DNA of 64,000 bases, taken from the NCBI GenBank assembly GCA_902634075.1, contig CACPJA010000001.1:25629-89628 (forward strand). The letters run 5' to 3'. This DNA is from an uncultured Gammaproteobacteria bacterium (GTDB lineage Bacteria > Pseudomonadota > Gammaproteobacteria > Steroidobacterales > UBA11654). The notes under the pieces are model-generated. The model saw nothing but the letters and a program-made list of their open reading frames with translations. It made no database searches and was not told the DNA's origin. Shown piece by piece: positions 38,461 to 47,593 of the stretch; within the stretch, counting starts at the first letter, position 1, and each line of letters begins with the position of its first letter. A program made the position numbers and the translations under genes.

Positions 38461-40515
38461 ATGAGCAATGAGGATCTTACAGATCTAAAAGGGGTTGGCC
38501 CCGCGCTTAAAGACAAGCTCGCTAAATTAAGTATTAATAAGCAATCAGACCTTTTGTTTTTGCTTCCAACTCGATATGAAGATAGAACGAGGTTAAAACA
38601 AATAGGTGCTCTTATCCCAGATGAGGAAGTGTTGGTTGAAGGTAGGGTTTTACTCTGCAGTATTATCTATAGGGGCAGGCGTATGATGCTTGTTCAGTTA
38701 TCTGACGACACAGGAATGCTAACCATGAGGTTTTTTACTTTTTCAAAGTATCAGGCACAAAACTTGGGTCGGGATACGCTTGTAAGATGTTACGGGAAAA
38801 CAAGAAAAACGGCCTCAGGTATTGAGATGATTCATCCTCAATATCAAGTTATTGACCCGGAAAACCCTGCGCCTTTGTCAAAAAGGCTCACGCCTGTTTA
38901 TCCAACTACAAAGGGTCTTTCACAAACCAAGCTAAGGCAAATCGTGAATGCAGGCTTAAAAGAGCAGCTTAAAAACACTGAGGAAATTCTTCCAGATGAA
39001 ATCATAGCTGAGATGGGGTTAGGCTCATTGAGGGATGCTTTGTCGAAAATACACCGTCCTTTGCCTTCAGAGATTAATGAAAAAGAGGGGTTTGAACCAT
39101 TAAGAAGATTGGTTGCAGAGGAGTTAATAGCTAACCAGCTAGCCTTAAGGCAAATCAAGAAAACAACTCAATCTAATCCTGCTCTAGCCCTCTCAGACAA
39201 TCAACTTATGAAAACATTTATTAAAAATCTGCCGTTCAAGCTGACAGGCAGTCAGAGAAGAGTGGTGCGTGAAATTGAGAAAGATTTGGCAGAACCGATC
39301 CCAATGATGCGATTACTTCAAGGCGATGTGGGTTCAGGTAAAACTGTTGTTGCAGCATCGGCAATGGCTCTAGCAGCAGCGAGCAAGTCACAGTCTGTTT
39401 TAATGGCGCCAACGGAGCTGCTTGCAGAACAACATAAAAACAATTTAGATGAATGGTTCAAACCCCTAGGTGTTAAGGTGGTAATTCTCAAAAGCAAGCT
39501 CCCCAAGAAACAAAAAGATCTTATTCTTGGTCAAATCAAAAACGGTGAAGCCTCAATAATAATTGGCACTCATGCCTTGTTTCAAACACAGGTGGAGTAT
39601 AAAAACCTAGGTTTAGTGATAGTTGATGAGCAGCATAGGTTTGGCGTGGACCAAAGATTAAGCCTGGTCAATAAATCGAAGTCTGTCGGCACCGTTCCGC
39701 ATCAATTAATAATGACTGCGACACCAATACCAAGGACCTTAGCTATGACTGCCTATGGAGACCTTGATACCTCAATTTTAGATGAATTACCGAAAGGCAG
39801 AGGCTTAATTAAGACCATAGTTATCCCAGAGGACAAGAGGGATGAAGTAATAGAAAAAATTGATAAAGAGACCAAAGGAGGCAGGCAGGCTTATTGGGTT
39901 TGCCCTTTAATAGAGGAGTCTGAAGAGCTGAATTATGAAGCTGCCGAAACAACCTTTGAGAAGCTAGGATTGGAACTTAAAAAGAAAAGTATTGGCTTGG
40001 TTCATGGAAGACTTAAGCCAGAAACAAAAAACCAAACAATGCTTGATTTTAAAAACAATCTTTTCCAGGTTCTTGTGGCAACAACAGTTATAGAAGTAGG
40101 TGTTGATGTCTCTAACGCAACAATCATGGTAATAGAAAACGCTGAGCGATTAGGGTTGTCTCAGCTCCACCAACTCAGAGGGCGAGTTGGTCGTGGGGCT
40201 CACGAAAGTCTTTGTATATTGATTTATAAAGGGCCTTTGAACGGGCTTGCAAAAGAGCGTCTTGGGGTTATTAGAAAAAGCGTTGATGGTTTTTATATTT
40301 CTGAAAAAGACCTTCAGTTAAGGGGGCCTGGTGAGCTTTTAGGCACTAGACAAAAGGGGTTAATTGGACTGAAAATTGCAGACATCTCAAGAGATGCTCA
40401 TATGCTGCCTTATATTAATAAGTTGTGCGCAGGCTTCGATAATAAATATCCTGGCAAAGCTGAAAAACTAATTAAACGGTGGGTTGGTGAGCAAATTATC
40501 TATCGTAATGTTTGA
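38461..40515 (+). CDS. recG: ATP-dependent DNA helicase RecG
   Basis: RLLQGDVGSGKT, DEQHRFG, MTATPIPRTL, QLHQLRGRVGRG, DLQLRGPGE; ATG at 38461. Confidence 0.96.
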   Translation: MSNEDLTDLKGVGPALKDKLAKLSINKQSDLLFLLPTRYEDRTRLKQIGALIPDEEVLVEGRVLLCSIIYRGRRMMLVQLSDDTGMLTMRFFTFSKYQAQNLGRDTLVRCYGKTRKTASGIEMIHPQYQVIDPENPAPLSKRLTPVYPTTKGLSQTKLRQIVNAGLKEQLKNTEEILPDEIIAEMGLGSLRDALSKIHRPLPSEINEKEGFEPLRRLVAEELIANQLALRQIKKTTQSNPALALSDNQLMKTFIKNLPFKLTGSQRRVVREIEKDLAEPIPMMRLLQGDVGSGKTVVAASAMALAAASKSQSVLMAPTELLAEQHKNNLDEWFKPLGVKVVILKSKLPKKQKDLILGQIKNGEASIIIGTHALFQTQVEYKNLGLVIVDEQHRFGVDQRLSLVNKSKSVGTVPHQLIMTATPIPRTLAMTAYGDLDTSILDELPKGRGLIKTIVIPEDKRDEVIEKIDKETKGGRQAYWVCPLIEESEELNYEAAETTFEKLGLELKKKSIGLVHGRLKPETKNQTMLDFKNNLFQVLVATTVIEVGVDVSNATIMVIENAERLGLSQLHQLRGRVGRGAHESLCILIYKGPLNGLAKERLGVIRKSVDGFYISEKDLQLRGPGELLGTRQKGLIGLKIADISRDAHMLPYINKLCAGFDNKYPGKAEKLIKRWVGEQIIYRNV

Positions 40516-40546
40516 TTTATAGCTAGACTGTCAGCCCTTAAATATC

Positions 40547-41074
40547 ATGAAGCTATCGTTTGAACAAATTGAAAGATTGTCACCAGATTTAGTTTGGGAT
40601 AATTCCCTAGAAAACATCACAACTAAGCAGCTCTCCTCCAATCTGAAAAGTTGGCTAACTGAAACAAATCTACTGACCAATAGAATTAAAGAATCTGGTC
40701 ATATTTATGCCGTTCAGGTTCTAAAAGAGTCTCTAAGCTCCACGCCGATCCTGCTAAAGAATAAAAATGATGCTGATCAGGGCTACGTCAGAGAGGTTGC
40801 TCTTTCGATTGATAATGATGCCTGTATTTTAGCCCAAACACTTGTTCCAAATTCAACCTTAGAGTTGAATCGTTGGATTCAATCTTTGGGAGAACAGCCT
40901 CTTGGTGAGCGATTATCAATGATGCCAAAGGTAACAAGAAGTGCTTTTGAGTATGCCTATCTAGAACTCTCTGAAGCATCAGTGTGGATAAGGCGCTCAA
41001 GCTTTGATATCGACAACACCTTATTATGGGTTGCTGAGTTATTTTTACCTGCGCTTGATAAGATTAAAGATTGA
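40547..41074 (+). CDS. ubiC: Chorismate pyruvate-lyase
   Basis: WLTE..LLTNRI, YVREVAL, LGEQPLGE, WIRRSSF, VAELFLP; directly upstream of ubiA. Confidence 0.82.
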   Translation: MKLSFEQIERLSPDLVWDNSLENITTKQLSSNLKSWLTETNLLTNRIKESGHIYAVQVLKESLSSTPILLKNKNDADQGYVREVALSIDNDACILAQTLVPNSTLELNRWIQSLGEQPLGERLSMMPKVTRSAFEYAYLELSEASVWIRRSSFDIDNTLLWVAELFLPALDKIKD

Positions 41075-41079
41075 GCTAA

Positions 41080-41937
41080 ATGACAAAAATAAATGCTTAT
41101 TCAAAGCTCATGAGGTTCGACAAGCCTATTGGTATTTTTTTGCTTCTCTGGCCTACGCTATGGCCGCTTTGGCTTGTCAATAAGGGTATTCCTGGACTAA
41201 AAATGTTTTTAATATTTATTTTAGGTGTTGTGGTTATGCGTTCAGCAGGTTGTGTAATTAACGATATTGTTGATAAAGATATTGATCCCTCTGTTGAACG
41301 AACAAAATCGAGGCCTTTGGCAAACCAATCCGTAAGTATAGGAGAGGCTTATTTCTTGCTTTTAATTTTGCTATCCATCGCGCTTGCTTTGGTCTTACAG
41401 TTAAATCTTTCTTCATTTTTTTGGGCCTTAGGCGGCCTTTTGATTACTGTTATCTACCCCTTTTGCAAACGTTTTTTCTCGGCGCCACAGTTAATACTTG
41501 GCTTTGCTTTTAGTTGGAGTATACCAATGGTTTATGTTGCTAATAATCTAGCGCTTAGCGCTGAAGCCTCTCTATTATGGCTAAGCGTTGGTTTGTGGGT
41601 TGTAATGTATGACACTTTTTATGCTTTAGTGGACAAAGAAGATGATTTAAAGATTGGTATAAACTCTACAGCGATTTTATTTGGAGAACGTGTTGGGTTT
41701 ATCACTTTCTTGCTTCAGTCCTTTGTGGTTCTTTTATGGGTCCTTATCGGTTTACTCTACGAGCTTAATTTTATATTTTTCTCTTCGCTGATTATTGTCA
41801 CTTTTCTCTTTGTTAGGCAACAGCAGTTAATTAGGGATCGTGACCCCGATCAATGCCTTAAGGCTTTTTTAGAGAACAACTATGTGGGCTTAGTGGTTTT
41901 TTTGGGTGTTTTTCTAGATCTTCTCTTCATTAAGTAG
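41080..41937 (+). CDS. ubiA: 4-hydroxybenzoate polyprenyltransferase
   Basis: LMRFDKPIG, MRSAGCVINDIVDKDID..VERT..RPLA, YDTFYALVDKEDD. Confidence 0.95.
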   Translation: MTKINAYSKLMRFDKPIGIFLLLWPTLWPLWLVNKGIPGLKMFLIFILGVVVMRSAGCVINDIVDKDIDPSVERTKSRPLANQSVSIGEAYFLLLILLSIALALVLQLNLSSFFWALGGLLITVIYPFCKRFFSAPQLILGFAFSWSIPMVYVANNLALSAEASLLWLSVGLWVVMYDTFYALVDKEDDLKIGINSTAILFGERVGFITFLLQSFVVLLWVLIGLLYELNFIFFSSLIIVTFLFVRQQQLIRDRDPDQCLKAFLENNYVGLVVFLGVFLDLLFIK

Positions 41938-42064
41938 GTTTTAGTAAAAAACCACCCAAAAAAGAGTTGCTCAGCAAAGTGTTTCTTTGATTGTATTCTG
42001 ATCCTTTTTTGAGGATAATGCTTTCGATCATTTTGATAGATAAGCTTTATATAGAAGGATATTT

Positions 42065-43147
42065 ATGGCTTTTGTAATCGTTGCAACCATCATTGTTATC
42101 GGAACAGTTCTTTGGAACGCGGTTTCACCTTGGTGGTTTACTCCACTAGCTTCAAATTGGGGGTTTTTAGACACCACAATTATTATCTCTTTATGGGTAT
42201 GCGGGGTTGCTTTTGTTGCAGTCTCCGGTTTTATTATTTATTGCGTCATAAAATTTCGGTACAAAGAAGGTCACAAAGCCCAATATCAACCTGAAAACAC
42301 TAAACTCGAAGTAATTTTGACCGTTGTTACAACCATTGGTGTTGTGGTTTTGCTAGCCCCTGGCTTAATAGCTTGGAACATGTACATTCAACTCCCAGAT
42401 GATGCGTTAGAAGTTGAAGGCGTTGGGCAACAATGGGTTTGGACGTATAGATTCCCTGGAGAAGATGGAATATACGGCAACACAAACGGTAGGCTCTTCA
42501 GTTCAAAAAACACGTTCGGGATTGATCCCAATGATCCAAACGGCCAGGATGATATTTTAATTAGAAGCGCTGAGGTTCACCTGCCTATAAATGAAAAGGT
42601 GGTTTTTCAACTCAGATCAAAAGATGTTCTGCACGACTTTTACATTCCACAATTTAGGGCGAAAATGGACTTAGTTCCTGGACAACAATCAAACCTTTGG
42701 TTTGAGCCAACATTGCTTGGGACTTACGAGGTTGCTTGTGCAGAATATTGTGGGACGGGGCACTATGCCATGCGTGGTCTGATTACGGTGGATACTCGTG
42801 AAGACTTTGATGCTTGGCTTGCCGAGCAACCGACCTTTTTTGAAACTTTAAACGAAGGGGTTGAAGGCCAGGGTAAACAGATTGCACAAACTTTAGGTTG
42901 TGTTGCTTGTCACAGTGATGATGGTGTAAATGGCATCGGTCCAACATGGAAAAACACTTTTGGCACTGAGAGGCTTCTAGATACAGGTGAAACTGTCGTT
43001 ATTGATGAGGCCTATATTAAAGAATCAATTGTTAACCCTGTTGCTAAAATCGGCTCAGGTTATGCTCCAGTGATGCCGGCTTATGCCACGTTATCTGAAG
43101 AAGAGATTGATGCCATAACAGATTATATTAAAACCTTATCGGATTAG
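42065..43147 (+). CDS. coxB: Cytochrome c oxidase subunit II (CoxM-like) with fused C-terminal cytochrome c
   Basis: CuA motif DVLHDF...CAEYCGTGHYAM; heme motif CVACH...GPTW...MP. Confidence 0.92.
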   Translation: MAFVIVATIIVIGTVLWNAVSPWWFTPLASNWGFLDTTIIISLWVCGVAFVAVSGFIIYCVIKFRYKEGHKAQYQPENTKLEVILTVVTTIGVVVLLAPGLIAWNMYIQLPDDALEVEGVGQQWVWTYRFPGEDGIYGNTNGRLFSSKNTFGIDPNDPNGQDDILIRSAEVHLPINEKVVFQLRSKDVLHDFYIPQFRAKMDLVPGQQSNLWFEPTLLGTYEVACAEYCGTGHYAMRGLITVDTREDFDAWLAEQPTFFETLNEGVEGQGKQIAQTLGCVACHSDDGVNGIGPTWKNTFGTERLLDTGETVVIDEAYIKESIVNPVAKIGSGYAPVMPAYATLSEEEIDAITDYIKTLSD

Positions 43148-43182
43148 TTTTCGTAGATATTAAATAGGAGTAAAATAGAACA

Positions 43183-44913
43183 ATGGAACAAGGCGCAAAT
43201 TATGAAGGACAACCGATCCATGAACCAACTGGTTGGTGGAGCAGGTATGTTTTTTCCCAAGATCACAAGATAATCGCTCTGCAATATATTTCTGTTGCGC
43301 TAGCAATCGGACTAACTGGGATGTTTTTATCACTAATGATGAGAATGCAGCTTGGTTTTCCGGGTCTATTTGAATCGATTGACGCTGGCTCCTACTATCA
43401 AGACGTCACTATGCATGGAATGATTATGGTGATCTATCTGCTTACTGCTTTGTTTCTAGGCGGCTTTGGAAACTACCTAATTCCATTAATGCTTGGCTCA
43501 AGGGATATGGCTTTTCCATTTGTAAACATGCTTAGTTTTTGGGTGTACTTTCTCTCAGTCATAATCTTGGTTTCTAGTTTTTTTGTTGAGAGCGGGCCAA
43601 CAGGTGCTGGGTGGACTTTGTATCCGCCACAATCAATTTTAGAAGGAACGCCAGGTGGTGACGGAGCTGGAATTATTCTGATGTTGGCTTCATTAGCTGT
43701 CTTTATTATTGCTTTCACTATGGGTGGTTTGAACTATATCACCACAGTTCTGCAATCGCGTGCTAAGGGGATGACGCTGATGCGGATGCCTTTGATCATT
43801 TGGTGTATCTTCTTGGCAACTTTTCTTGGTCTTCTAGCTTTCCCGGCGCTTCTCGTTGGAGCTATTATGCTGATCTTTGATCGTGTTTTAGAAACCAGTT
43901 TTTTTATGCCGGAAATTTTTAAGGGCGGTGAAGTTTTAGACTATGGCGGTGGAAGCCCGGTGTTGTTTCAACATTTGTTTTGGTTTTTCGGCCATCCTGA
44001 AGTTTATATTATTGCTCTTCCTGCGTTTGGTATTATCTCCGAACTAATAAGCTGTCATGCGAGGAAAAATATTTTTGGTTATAACATGATGGTTTGGGCT
44101 TTAATTGCCATTGCTGGTATCGCCTTTATAGTCTGGGCACATCATATGTATGTTGCGGGTATGAACCCTTATTTAGGTTTCTTTTTTGCTACCACTACAC
44201 TGATTATTGCGATTCCAACGGCAATCAAAGTCTACAACTGGGTAATAACGCTGTGGGATGCGAATATTAAAATGACGGTTCCAATGCTCTATTGCCTAGC
44301 TTTTCTAATCACCTTCCTTATAGGCGGTCTTACTGGTCTATTCCTTGGCAATGTTGCTGTGGATGTACCGTTATCAGACACCTATTTTGTTGTAGGTCAT
44401 TTCCATATGGTCATGGCAGTTTCTCCCGTTCTAGCACTCTATGGGGGGCTGTATCATTGGTACCCTTCTGTTACGGGCAGAATGCTTGATGATACTTTGG
44501 GCCAAATACATTTTTGGATTACCTTTGTTGGTACCTATCTAATTTATTTCCCTATGCACTATATTGGGTTTCTAGGCGTTCCAAGGCGATATTATTCTAA
44601 CGACCAATATGATTTTATTCCTCAGTCAGTAAACGACCTCAATCAATTTATAACCATCTGTGCTCTGATAGTCGGAGCCGCTCAGTTTATTCTTTTGTAC
44701 AACTTTGTGGTTAGTCTTTATAAGGGCAAAGAGGCAGGGCCGAACCCATGGGGTGCTTGTACATTAGAATGGCAAGCCCTAGAGTCCCCGCCAGGACATG
44801 GCAACTGGGGAGAAAAATTACCGGTGGTTTATCGATGGCCCTATGATTATGGTCTTCCTGGTGCCACAGCTGATTTTGTGCCTCAAAATGTTCCTGATGA
44901 GCAAATCACCTAG
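43183..44913 (+). CDS. coxA: Cytochrome c oxidase subunit I (type A1, CoxN-like)
   Basis: MHGMIM, GWTLYPP, FWFFGHPEVY, WAHHMY, GHFHMV. Confidence 0.95.
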   Translation: MEQGANYEGQPIHEPTGWWSRYVFSQDHKIIALQYISVALAIGLTGMFLSLMMRMQLGFPGLFESIDAGSYYQDVTMHGMIMVIYLLTALFLGGFGNYLIPLMLGSRDMAFPFVNMLSFWVYFLSVIILVSSFFVESGPTGAGWTLYPPQSILEGTPGGDGAGIILMLASLAVFIIAFTMGGLNYITTVLQSRAKGMTLMRMPLIIWCIFLATFLGLLAFPALLVGAIMLIFDRVLETSFFMPEIFKGGEVLDYGGGSPVLFQHLFWFFGHPEVYIIALPAFGIISELISCHARKNIFGYNMMVWALIAIAGIAFIVWAHHMYVAGMNPYLGFFFATTTLIIAIPTAIKVYNWVITLWDANIKMTVPMLYCLAFLITFLIGGLTGLFLGNVAVDVPLSDTYFVVGHFHMVMAVSPVLALYGGLYHWYPSVTGRMLDDTLGQIHFWITFVGTYLIYFPMHYIGFLGVPRRYYSNDQYDFIPQSVNDLNQFITICALIVGAAQFILLYNFVVSLYKGKEAGPNPWGACTLEWQALESPPGHGNWGEKLPVVYRWPYDYGLPGATADFVPQNVPDEQIT

Positions 44914-44919
44914 TAAGCA

Positions 44920-45489
44920 ATGACAAATATAACGAACAACGAAGAACGTTTTATGGGGTTAACCCACGGTCAGGTTTTTGTTTATACGCTGATGACCGTG
45001 ATATCGATTCTTTTCTTGTTTATTACCAATGCATATTTATTCCGGATGAACTTTGAAGACTGGAACCCAGTTCCAATACCATCAATGCTATGGGTTAATA
45101 CAGGGTCTTTGGTCTTGGCTAGTGTTGGAATGGCTTGGGCGAAGAGTGGTGCTAAAAGATCCAGTGTTCAAACAATTAAAGTAGGGTTGATAATCGGTGG
45201 GTTGTTTGCTGTTACCTTTGTTACCGGGCAAACATTGGCTTGGCAAGAACTAACTTCTTCGGGTTATTTTTTGACAATAAACCCAGCCAACACTTTCTTT
45301 TATTTAATTACCGCACTCCATGCAATGCATGTTATAGGAGGAGTGGCCGCCTGGTTTTATGTCACTTTAAAAACGTTCAAGCGCGATCAATTGATACTCC
45401 AGCCAGAGTCAATAGGGCTTTTAGGGAGCTATTGGCACTATATGCTTTTGGTTTGGGTCTTGTTATTCATGCTACTTTTAACCACATAG
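44920..45489 (+). CDS. Cytochrome c oxidase subunit III (CoxO-like)
   Basis: NTGSLVLAS, FFYLITALHAMHVIGG, YWHYM. Confidence 0.88.
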   Translation: MTNITNNEERFMGLTHGQVFVYTLMTVISILFLFITNAYLFRMNFEDWNPVPIPSMLWVNTGSLVLASVGMAWAKSGAKRSSVQTIKVGLIIGGLFAVTFVTGQTLAWQELTSSGYFLTINPANTFFYLITALHAMHVIGGVAAWFYVTLKTFKRDQLILQPESIGLLGSYWHYMLLVWVLLFMLLLTT

Positions 45490-45498
45490 AGAGATTTT

Positions 45499-46188
45499 AT
45501 GTCATCAAATCAACATGTTTCTTTCGAAGACTCAGTCCCTGATAATTTAAAGGGCCTGGTGGCTGACTGGTCGTCTGATGTTCAAACCTTTAAGGTGAGA
45601 TGGAGCAAGGCGATGATGTGGATTTTCCTTGTTAGTGATACGTTTATTTTTGGCTCTTTTCTTTCTGCCTATATGGCTGTTAGGCTAACAACGACTGTCC
45701 CTTGGCCAAACACAAGCGAGGTTTTCGCCCTTCATGTTGGTGGAACTGATGTCCCTCTGCTGCTTATTGCGATCATGACTTTTATTCTAATCAGTAGCAG
45801 TGGAACTATGGCGATGGCAGTGACCTCAGGCTATAAAAAAGAGCGGGTAAAAACTGGGGTGCTGATCTTGCTTACAGCACTTGGAGGGGTTGCCTTTGTG
45901 GGCATGCAGGTGTTTGAGTGGAGTAAGTTAATTTTTGAAGAAGGTATTAGGCCTTGGGGCAATGAGTTTGGCGCCCATCAATTTGGCGGCTTCTTTTTTA
46001 TGATCACAGGTTTTCATGGGCTACACGTCTCCATAGGGGTTGTTTACTTATGTATAGTTGCTAAACGTGTTTTTGAAGGTCGGTATGATCGGCTCAATGA
46101 TTATCAAATGGTTGAGGTTGCAGGTTTGTATTGGCACTTTGTTGATTTGGTTTGGATATTTATTTTTGCATTCTTTTATCTTTGGTAG
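45499..46188 (+). CDS. Cytochrome c oxidase subunit III (CoxP-like)
   Basis: MMWIFLVSD, FFMITGFHGLHV, GLYWHFVDLVWIFIF. Confidence 0.9.
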   Translation: MSSNQHVSFEDSVPDNLKGLVADWSSDVQTFKVRWSKAMMWIFLVSDTFIFGSFLSAYMAVRLTTTVPWPNTSEVFALHVGGTDVPLLLIAIMTFILISSSGTMAMAVTSGYKKERVKTGVLILLTALGGVAFVGMQVFEWSKLIFEEGIRPWGNEFGAHQFGGFFFMITGFHGLHVSIGVVYLCIVAKRVFEGRYDRLNDYQMVEVAGLYWHFVDLVWIFIFAFFYLW

Positions 46189-46199
46189 AGAGAGACATT

Positions 46200-46568
46200 A
46201 TGAACGAACAAGAAAAGCCTTTTAAGCACCCTAGTTTTTATCCTGGGGATGCAGTAGAGACTGAGCACCCATTCAGCCTATATATAAGTTGTTGGATACT
46301 GCTCTTCGTGCTTAGTGCCTTTTCATACATGGTTGACCTTATGGAAGTACAAGGTTATCTGAGATGGTTTTTGGTTACTATATTTGCTTTTCTTAAAGCG
46401 GGCTTAGTCGTCGGGGTTTTTATGCATATGGCTTGGGAGCGAATGGCTTTTTTATATGCCATCACCTTGCCGCCTCTCTTTTTGCTAGCCTTAGTTGGAA
46501 TTCTCGCAGTCGATGGTGCCTTCGTATACTACATTAGGGATTTGTTCATGTCGTTAACAGGATCCTAG
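46200..46568 (+). CDS. Cytochrome c oxidase subunit IV family
   Basis: Three TM helices, LKAGLVVGVFMHMAWER; ATG 46200. Confidence 0.82.
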   Translation: MNEQEKPFKHPSFYPGDAVETEHPFSLYISCWILLFVLSAFSYMVDLMEVQGYLRWFLVTIFAFLKAGLVVGVFMHMAWERMAFLYAITLPPLFLLALVGILAVDGAFVYYIRDLFMSLTGS

Positions 46569-46586
46569 AACTCTACTTAAAATCTC

Positions 46587-47576
46587 GTGCCCAAAACAAA
46601 ATCGATTATAGCCTTTACAACGGTTTTGGCGTTTTGTGTCATTGTCTTTGGTGCCTATGTCCGTTTAACTGATGCTGGTTTGGGTTGTCCTGATTGGCCG
46701 GGTTGTTATGGGTTTTTAACCGTTCCAGAAACCACTGACGAATTATCTAAAGCTGCGGAGCTATTCCCTGACCAAGTTGTCGAATCAGGCAAGGCTTGGA
46801 GAGAGATGATTCATCGGTATATTGCCAGTCTTTTGGGTTTGTTTATATTGGTAATGTTTTTACTAGAGTTCTTTAAAAAGAAGAGAAAGCCGTGGGGTGA
46901 AAATTTTTCCTTAAGGCTCTCTCTGGGCTTGTTTTTGCTGGTTGTTTTCCAGGGTTTGTTGGGCATGTGGACTGTTACCCTAAAAGTTCACCCCTTTGTG
47001 GTTCTCTCACACTTAATCGGGGGTCTTGCAACGCTCTCATTGTTGTTTGTTTACCTAAAACACCAAGATCAAGAAGAACAAACGCCGTCAAAGATTGCCC
47101 CTCTTGTTTTCATAGGCTTAACCCTGCTAATCGCACAAATTATTTTAGGTGGCTGGACAAGCACTAATTATGCAGCCCTTGGTTGTCCTGACCTTCCTTT
47201 TTGTTACGGCGAGCTGTGGCCTTCAAATATGGACATGAAAGAAGGTTTTTTAAAGTGGCAATCATTTGGACAAAACTACGAAGGCGGCCTGCTTACCCCC
47301 CCAGCAAGAACTGCCATACATTTCATGCATCGTCTTGGTGCACTTGTTCTAACACTTGGTTTGGGTTTAATTATCCTCAAATACATCAACCACCAATCTG
47401 AAAAGATTAAATTCGCAGCAAAGCTTTTGGCGGCAGCGTTATTGGCCCAATTAACTATAGGTGTTGTGATGGTTTGGTCGAGCATCCCTTTGGTCTTAGC
47501 GACTGCTCATAATGCTTTTGCCGCTATTTTATTGCTGGCGTTTGTAAACCTGATGTACGCAATCAAATTCAGATAA
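46587..47576 (+). CDS. ctaA: Heme A synthase (COX15/CtaA)
   Basis: GAYVRLTDAGLGCPDWPGC, EMIHRY, HLIGG, HFMHR, AHNA. Confidence 0.93.
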   Translation: MPKTKSIIAFTTVLAFCVIVFGAYVRLTDAGLGCPDWPGCYGFLTVPETTDELSKAAELFPDQVVESGKAWREMIHRYIASLLGLFILVMFLLEFFKKKRKPWGENFSLRLSLGLFLLVVFQGLLGMWTVTLKVHPFVVLSHLIGGLATLSLLFVYLKHQDQEEQTPSKIAPLVFIGLTLLIAQIILGGWTSTNYAALGCPDLPFCYGELWPSNMDMKEGFLKWQSFGQNYEGGLLTPPARTAIHFMHRLGALVLTLGLGLIILKYINHQSEKIKFAAKLLAAALLAQLTIGVVMVWSSIPLVLATAHNAFAAILLLAFVNLMYAIKFR

Positions 47577-47593
47577 AGCTACAATAAAAGTCC

